Both the position numbers and the translations under genes were made by a program. A stretch of DNA of 63,119 nucleotides, counting the filler, from Octopus bimaculoides (Eukaryota), in assembly GCF_001194135.2 (NCBI RefSeq). It is 5 parts of 5 records of this genome, joined end to end, with 100 filler letters (N's around TTAATTAATTAA, not from the genome) between each part and the next. Parts side by side here need not be neighbours in the genome. Positions count along the whole stretch, not along the records: positions 44,330 to 59,753 come from NC_069006.1; positions 59,854 to 63,119 come from NC_068996.1; 3 more parts are not named here. One strand, 5' to 3'. The notes under the pieces are model-generated. The model made no database searches, was not told the origin of the DNA, and was given only the letters and a program-made list of their open reading frames with translations. Positions 52,695 to 63,119 of this stretch are shown piece by piece (the first letter of the stretch is position 1; every line of letters begins with the position of its first letter).

Positions 52695-53428
52695 NNNNNN
52701 NNNNNNNNNNNNNNNNNNNNNNNNNNNNNNNNNNNNNNNNNNNNNNNNNNNNNNNNNNNNNNNNNNNNNNNNNNNNNNNNNNNNNNNNNNNNNNNNNNNN
52801 NNNNNNNNNNNNNNNNNNNNNNNNNNNNNNNNNNNNNNNNNNNNNNNNNNNNNNNNNNNNNNNNNNNNNNNNNNNNNNNNNNNNNNNNNNNNNNNNNNNN
52901 NNNNNNNNNNNNNNNNNNNNNNNNNNNNNNNNNNNNNNNNNNNNNNNNNNNNNNNNNNNNNNNNNNNNNNNNNNNNNNNNNNNNNNNNNNNNNNNNNNNN
53001 NNNNNNNNNNNNNNNNNNNNNNNNNNNNNNNNNNNNNNNNNNNNNNNNNNNNNNNNNNNNNNNNNNNNNNNNNNNNNNNNNNNNNNNNNNNNNNNNNNNN
53101 NNNNNNNNNNNNNNNNNNNNNNNNNNNNNNNNNNNNNNNNNNNNNNNNNNNNNNNNNNNNNNNNNNNNNNNNNNNNNNNNNNNNNNNNNNNNNNNNNNNN
53201 NNNNNNNNNNNNNNNNNNNNNNNNNNNNNNNNNNNNNNNNNNNNNNNNNNNNNNNNNNNNNNNNNNNNNNNNNNNNNNNNNNNNNNNNNNNNNNNNNNNN
53301 NNNNNNNNNNNNNNNNNNNNNNNNNNNNNNNNNNNNNNNNNNNNNNNNNNNNNNNNNNNNNNNNNNNNNCAACTGTTTCTCACAGCTTAAAGCATTTGAT
53401 ATAATAAAAGTTTTCATGGTATACATAC

Positions 53429-53496
<68 letters not shown>

Positions 53497-53506
53497 TGGT
53501 TTCAAA

Positions 53507-53646
53507 TTATGGCACAAGGCCAGCAATTCAGTGGTAAACTGGTTACAGTGACCCCCACTACTCAACAGTGAAATGTTGCAAAGCAAAGTTGACTCTGGTG
53601 GAAATTGAACTCAGAACGTCCAAGTGATTCTGCCAGTTTGCCACCT
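53507..53646 (-). mobile_element. Degenerate SINE D
   Basis: GGCACAAGGCCAGCAATT...GCAAAGTTGACTC..GGAAATTGAACTCAGAACG. Confidence 0.7.
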
Positions 53647-53656
53647 TAATAACATA

Positions 53657-54215
53657 TCATCATCATCATCATAATCTAATGTCTGCTTTCTATGCTGGCA
53701 TCGGTTGGATGATTTGACTGAAAACTGATCAGCTGGGGACCTGTGGCAGGTGCCAGTCTGATTTGGCGTGGTTTCTATGGCTGAATGCCCTTCTTAATGT
53801 CAACCACTCCAAAAGTATAGTAGGGGTCTTAACATGTCACTGGCACAGGTCCCAGTTACGTAACGCCGGCATTGGCCACAACAATGATCTCACTTGGTTT
53901 GGCAGATCTTCTCAAGCACAGTAAACTGCCAAAGGTCTTCGTCCCGTGTCACTACCTCTGCAAGGTTTAACATCCACTTTGCATACTGGCATGGGTTGGA
54001 TGCTTTGACTGAGGACTGGCAAGCCAGGAAGAGGCACCAGGCTCCAATCTGATCAGGCAAGGTTTCTACAGCTGGATGCCCTTCCTAACGCCAACCACTC
54101 CAAGAGTGTAGTGGGTGCTTTTTACATGCCACTCAGGTGGCACTGGCATCAACCATGCTCGTGTGGTGCCTTTTACATGCCACGGGTGCCAGTCAGGCAG
54201 CACTGGTGTCGGTCA
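53657..54215 (-). mobile_element. Two tandem RTE 3'-UTR fragments
   Basis: (CAT)n tail and CTACAGCTGGATGCCCTTCCTAACGCCAACCACTCC, the reverse complement of 5040-5080. Confidence 0.85.
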
Positions 54216-54648
54216 GTGGGTCATTTATTGAAAAATATGCACACTCTAAAGACTTGAGCAGTTATGTATTTACACGCAGTTGAATATATGTCCAGTCATA
54301 GAGTGGATATATATATATATATATATTCGGTATTGAGTCCAACAAGCTGTCGATGAAGCTTAACACTTTATGGATGAAAAACAACCATCGGTCAGCATAT
54401 TTAACTGNNNNNNNNNNNNNNNNNNNNNNNNNNNNNNNNNNNNNNNNNNNNNNNNNNNNNNNNNNNNNNNNNNNNNNNNNNNNNNNNNNNNNNNNNNNNN
54501 NNNNNNNNNNNNNNNNNNNNNNNNNNNNNNNNNNNNNNNNNNNNNNNNNNNNNNNNNNNNNNNNNNNNNNNNNNNNNNNNNNNNNNNNNNNNNNNNNNNN
54601 NNNNNNNNNNNNNNNNNNNNNNNNNNNNNNNNNNNNNNNNNNNNNNNN

Positions 54649-54707
<59 letters not shown>

Positions 54708-55094
54708 TATAAATATATATATATATACATATATATATACACACACACACATATAATGGATGCAAAACCATTGGTCAGTATATTTAACTGCATGTAAATA
54801 TATACATTTATATGTCTAACAAGCTCCCCCACCCCAGTGTCTGTCTACTAAATTCACTCCCATGACATAGGTAGGCCTAAGGTTATAGCAAAAGTCACTT
54901 GCTAACCAAGGGACCACTCAGAAGGACTGAACCTGAGTCCACATGGCTGCAAAGTGATCTTTTGAACCACTGAGCCACATCTACACCGATCATGTACTCA
55001 ATGGTTTAGGGATTTTGTAATAAATAAAAGGGCTTCTTTGTTACCATGTAAAGTGCTCCCTGTAATGGTATGGTACCACTGCAGAACAAATGGG

Positions 55095-56180
55095 ATTAGT
55101 TATTGGTCAGTTACTGTTGCTCACCACTGGCTATAGTTGGTCAGTGTTGGTTAGTGTTATTGGTTTGTCAATGCTGTTAGGTGTTGGTCAAAGTTGGTTA
55201 TTGTTGGTCTGTGATGGCTAAAGTCGGTCAGTGGTGCTTGGTGTTGTGTACGTCACTGCTGGTCACTTTTACTCAATTTGTCAGTGTTAGCTGGGGTCGG
55301 TCAAAACTAGTCAGGCTCGGTCAGTGTGTCAATGTTAGTCAGTTGGTCAATGTTAGTCAGTTGGTCAATGTTGGATGGAGTTGATCAGAGCTAGTTATTA
55401 CAGCTTAGTACTGGTCAGCATTTGTCAATTTGTCAGTGCTGGTTGGTTTTGGTCAGTGCTGGCAATTGTTGATCAGAGTTGGTCAGTTTGTCGATTTTGA
55501 TTGGTTAGCATTCACCAGTTTTTCAATGTTAGTCAATGCTAGCCAGTGTTGGTTATTGCTGGTCAATCTGATCGTGTTGGTCAGCATTGGTTATTATAGG
55601 TCAGTACTGGTCAACATTCGTCAGTTAGTTAGTGTTGGTTGGTATTGGCCAGCACTGGTTATTGTTAGTCAGTACTGGTCAGTGTTGGTCAATTTATCAA
55701 TTTTGGTTGATGTTGACCAGAACTGGTTACTGGTCAGTTTGTCAGTATTGATTGGTTCTGATGAAAGGTGGCCATTGATTGTCAGTACTGGTCAGTGTTA
55801 CCCAGTGGTGGCTAGTGTTCGTTAGAATCAGTAATGGGTTGTCAGTACTGGTCAGTATTCCTCATTTTGTCAATGCTGGCTGGTTTTTTGCCAGTGCTGG
55901 CTACTGTAGGTCAATACTGGCCAGTGTTGGTTAATTTGTCAATTTTGATTGGTGTTGGTCAGAGCTGGTCATCAGTCAGTTTGTCAGTATTGACTGGTTT
56001 TTGCCAAAGGTAGTAACTGCTGGTCAGCACTGGTCAGTGTTACCCATTGATGGCAAGTGTTGGTTAGACCCAGTTATGGTTGGTCAGTAATGGTCAGCAT
56101 TGTTGAAACTAGATCACTGCTGGTCAGTGTTGGTGACTGTTGATCAATCATAATTTCATTGGTGGTTCAAGTTGGTCATA
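55095..56180. repeat. Degenerate TGGTCAG(T) satellite with a ~242-bp higher-order period
   Basis: Dozens of TGGTCA/TTGTCA units; AGTGTTGG..AATTT.TCAATTTTG at 55681 and 55923; TTTGTCAGTATTGA at 55738 and 55980. Confidence 0.85.
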
Positions 56181-56561
56181 GGCACATAGAATGTTGTTGA
56201 TATGTGTATACATCCACATGTACTGCCCCGTAGCTTAATTAGTTTTCTTCAGACTGATGAATGAATTAATTTGGTGTAATTAACTTACCTGCAAATACAA
56301 GAGGTACAATATTATACGCATATACATACATACATACATCATACATATTAGTGTGTGCATGTGTGTGTGTGTGTGTGTGNNNNNNNNNNATATATATATA
56401 TATATATATATACATGCATTTATGTGTGTGAATATATAGACAATAAACTTGAATAGGCATATACATACACATATAAAGTAATAGAAAACTTATATAAAGA
56501 CATATGTACAAACCCAACATACATACACACATACATCCATATACACACTTATATATATGTA

Positions 56562-56592
<31 letters not shown>

Positions 56593-56768
56593 GAATTCAT
56601 ATACACATATATTTATACACACACACATATGTATATACATACACATATAGATATCTATGTGTGTGTGTGTGTGTGTGAATTTGTAGGTGACTAGAATGGG
56701 GTGGTGAGAAGTGGGGCGGGGAGGGATTGGTCTTCTCAAGGAAGTGGCACAACTATCACAACCACCAC

Positions 56769-56803
<35 letters not shown>

Positions 56804-56996
56804 CCATCATCATCATCACCACCTACTTCATCAACATGGTCTTTGCCAAACTCACTGACATGATCCGCTACCCCCAGTGCTACTACTTCTACTACAACCT
56901 CCCACCACCATCTTGACCATCACTGTCATATTAAAAAACCTATTATTCCAACCTCTGACTCTACCCCACTGCTCAAACAAGCATGTGAACACATAC

Positions 56997-57035
<39 letters not shown>

Positions 57036-57528
57036 NNNNNNNNNNNNNNNNNNNNNNNNNNNNNNNNNNNNNNNNNNNNNNNNNNNNNNNNNNNNNNNNN
57101 NNNNNNNNNNNNNNNNNNNNNNNNNNNNNNNNNNNNNNNNNNNNNNNNNNNNNNNNNNNNNNNNNNNNNNNNNNNNNNNNNNNNNNNNNNNNNCATATAT
57201 GTTGTCAATAATAGTGTATATATGTACGTATACATATTATATATACATATATATATATACATATAAATACATATCATATGTATGTACATATATATAATAC
57301 ATATATATACAAACATATACATATTATATATGCATATATAGGCACATGCACATACACACATATATATTTGTACATATGCATATATCCATAGATATATATA
57401 CGCCCATATATCTATTTATCCATACATGCATATATACACATGCACACACACATAAACACACAAACCACACATATACATACATGCATATACAAACACATAT
57501 GCACACATACATATGCATACATGCACTT

Positions 57529-57567
<39 letters not shown>

Positions 57568-57909
57568 CTTATCCATATCGAATTAATTCCGTGTCGTATC
57601 AGAATTTCACAGATAATGCAATCACACCCACTTGTTAATTAGATTCTGTGTTGTAGCATGTCAGGTGTATTTGCTTACGTATTTAATTAAAAATATTTGA
57701 TGAAGTAGCATTTGCCAGAAATCTCGTTTACTGCTATGGACTAAAATTATTAAGTCTCCGATATTCCGTTAGAAATAGCAGCTAAATCACTCTTAAATTG
57801 CACCTTGTGCTATTACTGTCATGAAAAGAGACAGACATATTAAAAGGTGATGTTTAGCATACATACACGTATGCATATAACATTACATATATACACATAT
57901 ATATAAAAG

Positions 57910-58253
57910 GGACAGACCCCTTTCAGTCGGGATTGACCATGGAATTGCACCTAGGAAGTTACCTTCCGGGGTACAAGTCTGGACAAGGTTGTTTCTGGGA
58001 GACCAGCAGTCGCACATGCATACCAGTCCCTCCCCTCATTATGCCACTGATGTTATCTAAGGGAAAGGCAAAGGGGCCGATACAGCTTGGCACCAGTGAT
58101 GTCACAACTCATTCCTACAGCTGAGTGAACTGGAACAAAGTAAAAACAAAGTATCTTGCTCAAGAACACAACACGCAGCCTGGTCCGGGAATTGAACTCA
58201 ATACATCATGATTGTGTGCTTGACACTCTAACCACTGAGCCATGCGCCTTCAC
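57910..58253 (-). mobile_element. tRNA-derived SINE
   Basis: Minus head GAAGGCGCATGGCTCAGTGGTTAG...GAGTTCAATTCCCGG. Confidence 0.8.
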
Positions 58254-58963
58254 ATATATATATATATATANNNNNNNNNNNNNNNNNNNNNNNNNNNNNN
58301 NNNNNNNNNNNNNNNNNNNNNNNNNNNNNNNNNNNNNNNNNNNNNNNNNNNNNNNNNNNNNNNNNNNNNNNNNNNNNNNNNNNNNNNNNNNNNNNNNNNN
58401 NNNNNNNNNNNNNNNNNNNNNNNNNNNNNNNNNNNNNNNNNNNNNNNNNNNNNNNNNNNNNNNNNNNNNNNNNNNNNNNNNNNNNNNNNNNNNNNNNNNN
58501 NNNNNNNNNNNNNNNNNNNNNNNNNNNNNNNNNNNNNNNNNNNNNNNNNNNNNNNNNNNNNNNNNNNNNNNNNNNNNNNNNNNNNNNNNNNNNNNNNNNN
58601 NNNNNNNNNNNNNNNNNNNNNNNNNNNNNNNNNNNNNNNNNNNNNNNNNNNNNNNNNNNNNNNNNNNNNNNNNNNNNNNNNNNNNNNNNNNNNNNNNNNN
58701 NNNNNNNNNNNNNNNNNNNNNNNNNNNNNNNNNNNNNNNNNNNNNNNNNNNNNNNNNNNNNNNNNNNNNNNNNNNNNNNNNNNNNNNNNNNNNNNNNNNN
58801 NNNNNNNNNNNNNNNNNNNNNNNNNNNNNNNNNNNNNNNNNNNNNNNNNNNNNNNNNNNNNNNNNNNNNNNNNNNNNNNNNNNNNNNNNNNNNNNNNNNN
58901 NNNNNNNNNNNNNNNNNNTATATATACACGTACACACACACATATATACACACAAACATGTAC

Positions 58964-59159
58964 AATATGTACCTGTTTGCTTGAAAGAGCAGTTAAAACC
59001 CTCCAAAACCACGCATCTTTGACTATATACTCCTCATACATATATATACATATATATATTTTACAAGTGAGTGGACTGTTTCAGACAAATGCTTTTGCTA
59101 TATTCTCTGTGCATGGTTTTGGAGGGTTTTAACTGCTTTCGAGCAAACAGGTTCATATT
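58964..59159. mobile_element. MITE-like inverted repeat (~50-bp arms, 94-nt spacer)
   Basis: AATATGTACCTGTTTGCTTGAAAGAGCAGTTAAAACCCTCCAAAACCACGCA versus the reverse complement of 59110-59159. Confidence 0.6.
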
Positions 59160-59280
59160 CTGCCTTGACTTTTAATTATATATTTTGCATTTTTGGATTA
59201 CATTTGCTGGCCACTTAATCATTATTCTTGTAGAGAATGATAACTTAATGAATTATATATATATAATTTTATACATATTT

Positions 59281-59687
59281 TATTCTTTTATTCTTTTACT
59301 TGTTTCATTCGTTTGACTTTGGCCATGCTGGAGCGCCGCCTTTAGTCAAGCAAATCGATTCAAGGACTTATTCTTTGTAAGCCTAGTACTTATTCTATCA
59401 GCCTTTTTTGCCGAACCGCTAAGTTACGGGGACGTGGACACACCAGCATCGGTTGTGAAGCTATGTTGTGGGGACGAACACAGACACACATACATACACA
59501 TACATATATATGTACATATATATGACGGGCTTCTTTCAGTTTCCGTCTACCAAATCCACTCACAAGGCTTTGGTCAGCCTGAGGCTATAGTAGAAGACAC
59601 TTGCGCAAGGTGCCGCACAGTGGGACCGAACTCAGAACCATGTGGTTGGTAAGCAAGCTACTTAATACACAGCCACTCCTGTGCCTA
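59281..59687 (-). mobile_element. SINE family A, full length with a short internal microsatellite, CpG retained
   Basis: Complete tail-to-head match with the other copies. Confidence 0.92.
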
Positions 59688-60085
59688 TATATCATATATA
59701 AATATATATTATATATATATATATATTATATATATATATATATATCATATATANNNNNNNNNNNNNNNNNNNNNNNNNNNNNNNNNNNNNNNNNNNNTTA
59801 ATTAATTAANNNNNNNNNNNNNNNNNNNNNNNNNNNNNNNNNNNNNNNNNNNNCATACATACATAGCTATCTGTCTGTCTGTCTATCTATCTATTTGTCT
59901 GTCTATCTATCTACCTGTCTATCTATTTATTTATCCATTTATCTATCTGTCTGTTTGTCTGTCTATCTATCTGTCTGTCTGTCTATCTATCTATTTGTCT
60001 GTCTATCTATCTACCTGTCTATCTATTTATTTATCCATTTATCTATCTGTCTGTCTGTCTGTCTCTCTGTCTATCTATCTAACTA

Positions 60086-60590
60086 CCATACGCCTAACCT
60101 CAGTCTCCGTTTGATCCACGACGACAGTTCGGCCAAGAAGACGAGCTGCGGGAAAACGCGCCGCACAAACGGTGACCACACCTGTACACCGTTGTCTGCG
60201 ACATCTCCGTAGCTTCATAGACGACGGTGAACAGGTGTGGTCACCGTTTGTGCGGCGCACTTACCCGCAGCTCGTCTCCTTGGCAGAACTGCAGTCGTGG
60301 ATCAAACAGAGCCTGAGGTTAGGCGAATGGCACCGCAAGTGTCGCGTTGCTCTCCGGCTACTCTGCCGTCCGGGATCAAACTTGTACGACTTCATTACAA
60401 CAAAGGCGTTCTATAGATAATTAGTGGAGGGGAGGTGCGACGACGTTCTCGGGCAGAATCTGAACGTCGACGAGGAACACCTGACCCGCCTGTTCTGGAC
60501 AACTTTCGGGCCGGGATCTCTGGACAATCACCAAAGATCCCTGGCCTGGCAGTGCTGTCAAGAAGCATTACCTGTTCGGGATAAACATAG
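60086..60590 (+). mobile_element. L1/Tx1-type ORF2 C-terminal fragment with a 5' fold-back duplication
   Basis: [21 protein letters not shown]...FWTTFGPGSLDNHQRSLAWQCCQEALPVRDK (zf-RVT-like LAW..ALP motif); CpG-rich. Confidence 0.7.
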
Positions 60591-61023
60591 TCTTGCTCTT
60601 TACATTTTTAAAATTCTTCTGTGATATACGATCCCTGTTGACCGTTTTTGTTTTTTTTTTTTTTNNNNNNNNNNNNNNNNNNNNNNNNNNNNNNNNNNNN
60701 NNNNNNNNNNNNNNNNNNNNNNNNNNNNNNNNNNNNNNNNNNNNNNNNNNNNNNNNNNNNNNNNNNNNNNNNNNNNNNNNNNNNNNNNNNNNNNNNNNNN
60801 NNNNNNNNNNNNNNNNNNNNNNNNNNNNNNNNNNNNNNNNNNNNNNNNNNNNNNNNNNNNNNNNNNNNNNNNNNNNNNNNNNNNNNNNNNNNNNNNNNNN
60901 NNNNNNNNNNNNNNNNNNNNNNNNNNNNNNNNNNNNNNNNNNNNNNNNNNNNNNNNNNNNNNNNNNNNNNNNNNNNNNNNNNNNNNNNNNNNNNNNNNNN
61001 NNNNNNNNNNNNNNNNNNNNNNN

Positions 61024-61095
<72 letters not shown>

Positions 61096-61848
61096 CATGT
61101 GTAAAAGCGTGTTTGAAGTTGTATCATGAATGCAAATATTCACATTGAAGTTGTGTTTTGTATACGTATGTGTTTGTCTCCTGTCCATAAACATCTTTTT
61201 GTGCTTCTGTATTTCTATTTGCGTGTATATACATATATGCAATCTAATGCATGTATTCATGTGTATGTATTAGTGCGTGTACATATGTATGTATGTATGT
61301 ATGTAAATAAAATATGTGTCTCTATAAACATATTTACGTTTTTATATGTCAGTGTCTTTACATATATGTATCTGTAAATAAGTGCCAATGTATGTGTGTA
61401 ATGCTCCAACTGATGTGGGTATATATGTGCCTGTATAAATGCGTTGATGGTCGTGCCGTGCATTGGTGTCTCTGCAATTATTTTACAGAAACTGTTGTAG
61501 TCACATCTGCACTTATACATGAGAATATTTTTACAGTCAATGTCTAAACGAAGATAACTTCATTTATCTTCCTTGACATCGCATTTATTTATTCATTTGT
61601 GTATTTGTTGTATGTCCGTTTCCGAAGTACGTTTGTTTTTTAATATATATGTTCGATATTTGCTGTCGCAACTTTTCCAATTTGTTTGCAGAGACAGATT
61701 TTTTCTTCTTTCCTTCTCTTTTTTTTTCTTTTTCTTCAGTTCTTTAAATAATATGTTTGTTTATGTCTCTGTATGCTGCATATGTAGCATCAATCAACGC
61801 ACGCTCTCTACTGTGATAAGGATGTATGACAATGTTTAGACATCTCAC

Positions 61849-61894
61849 CAAACATGTCCTTTCTGCAATATTTCACATGCAATTTCGCCGCCAT
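61849..61894 (-). CDS. Candidate first coding exon MAAKLHVKYCRKDMF(x)
   Basis: ATG within AAGATGGCGGCG (YY1-type motif); donor TTTG|GTGAGA 46 nt downstream. Confidence 0.3.
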
Positions 61895-63119
61895 CTTATG
61901 CAAGATACAGCGCACACATTAGCTAATGTGCTATAGTGTGTTGCCTTTTTAAAGTAATTTTTGATTTTGTCTGTTTCATTCTCAGTCGTGTACAAGGTGA
62001 CCGTAAAGGTTGGATACATGGGAAATATCACTAGATTTAAAATGGGCTCCTCGTTCAACAGATATAAGATGCCTTAACTACATTTTCAGGGATATGCTGA
62101 ATGAGAAGACATAGTCAATGAAAATCACAGATATGAAATATCTGAAGGAAGGTATCATGAATGAATGTGCACGAATGCGTTGAGAATTTTTTGAGGGTTC
62201 CGTATGGTTGTGACGGTTTCTGGAATACCCTATCATTTTTATTGTTTAATCTTCTTAATATGAGGAACATAGTAAAAGCTCATAATACTTGAAGATCTTC
62301 TTAGAGTTATAATATGGTGATGATAAACGATACAAATTTTTTCAGATTCCATTTAGGTTCAGCTTCAACATTTGCTGGTTAATATATCGCATCCAAACCA
62401 GTAAGAATTGCAGAAATCGTAGATTTTCTGAGTGATGTTCTAACGGAGAGGAATTCTAGAAATGTTTGCTAGTCTGGGAAGGTATTAATTCCAAAGATGT
62501 TAGAGATATAAGGTTTTGCTCGTCCATATTCGGGCTGAAGTATATTCCAGAAATGTTTGCGATCTTGGAAATTGAACAATGGAAGAATGATCAAAGTGTT
62601 TAATATAATGATATTTTCTAAACTTAAACATTATAAGATATTATTATTGTTAACAGAATAATAAATTTTATTGAATGAGTCACAGACAGTTGAATTTAGT
62701 GATTTCGAAGGAAAATTGTTCAAGGAGTTTTTATCTAGTTTGAATTATGATTGTACAAGTTTTCCATTCATATCTAAACTGAACTTCACCTCCCTCAATT
62801 TCCTCCGTTAAAACTTTCTTGTAGACCGTGAGTGGTGTACATTCATAAGAAAGAAAATATATAGCAAAATTTAATAACCATTAAAAGAATTCTGTCTTAA
62901 ATTCATTTCTCTGAGATTTATTTACATTATGATGATGGTGGTAGTGGTGGTGGTCGTGGTGGAGGATTGATGGCGTTGTTATTGTATTATCTATAGGGTT
63001 GGTTGAGTATACGTACAAGATCAAGTTGCTTACAGCATGACCATACATATGTATCAAATACATACATATATTTATACATACATATATGAGTTTATATATA
63101 TATATAAATAAATATATAT

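Overview
AT-rich, microsatellite-dense eukaryotic DNA with many assembly gaps. The repeat repertoire (tRNA-headed SINEs, RTE/CR1/R4/L1-Tx1 LINE relics, mariner/maT relics) looks like an octopod cephalopod genome; this is recognition, not a database result. There is no intact protein gene and no CRISPR array. Most of the supplied ORF track is simple-repeat or N-gap translation. The window is largely decayed, nested transposons, with a few candidate minus-strand host exons (best pair 36198-36472). The strongest unexplained signal is a set of self-cleaving-ribozyme motifs. Three distinct minimal type-I hammerheads occur: in a 387-bp terminally redundant retrozyme-like insert (148-534), at the end of a Penelope relic (14719-14756), and in a tRNA-box-headed short element (45623-45795). 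A Penelope GIY-YIG relic and a candidate HDV-like fold upstream of an R4/Dong element are also present. Other notable items: a 116-bp fold-back hairpin in an L1/Tx1 fragment, a candidate recursive splice site, a 5S rRNA-derived fragment, and alternating CpG-depleted and CpG-retaining blocks. All alignments and foldings were done by eye.
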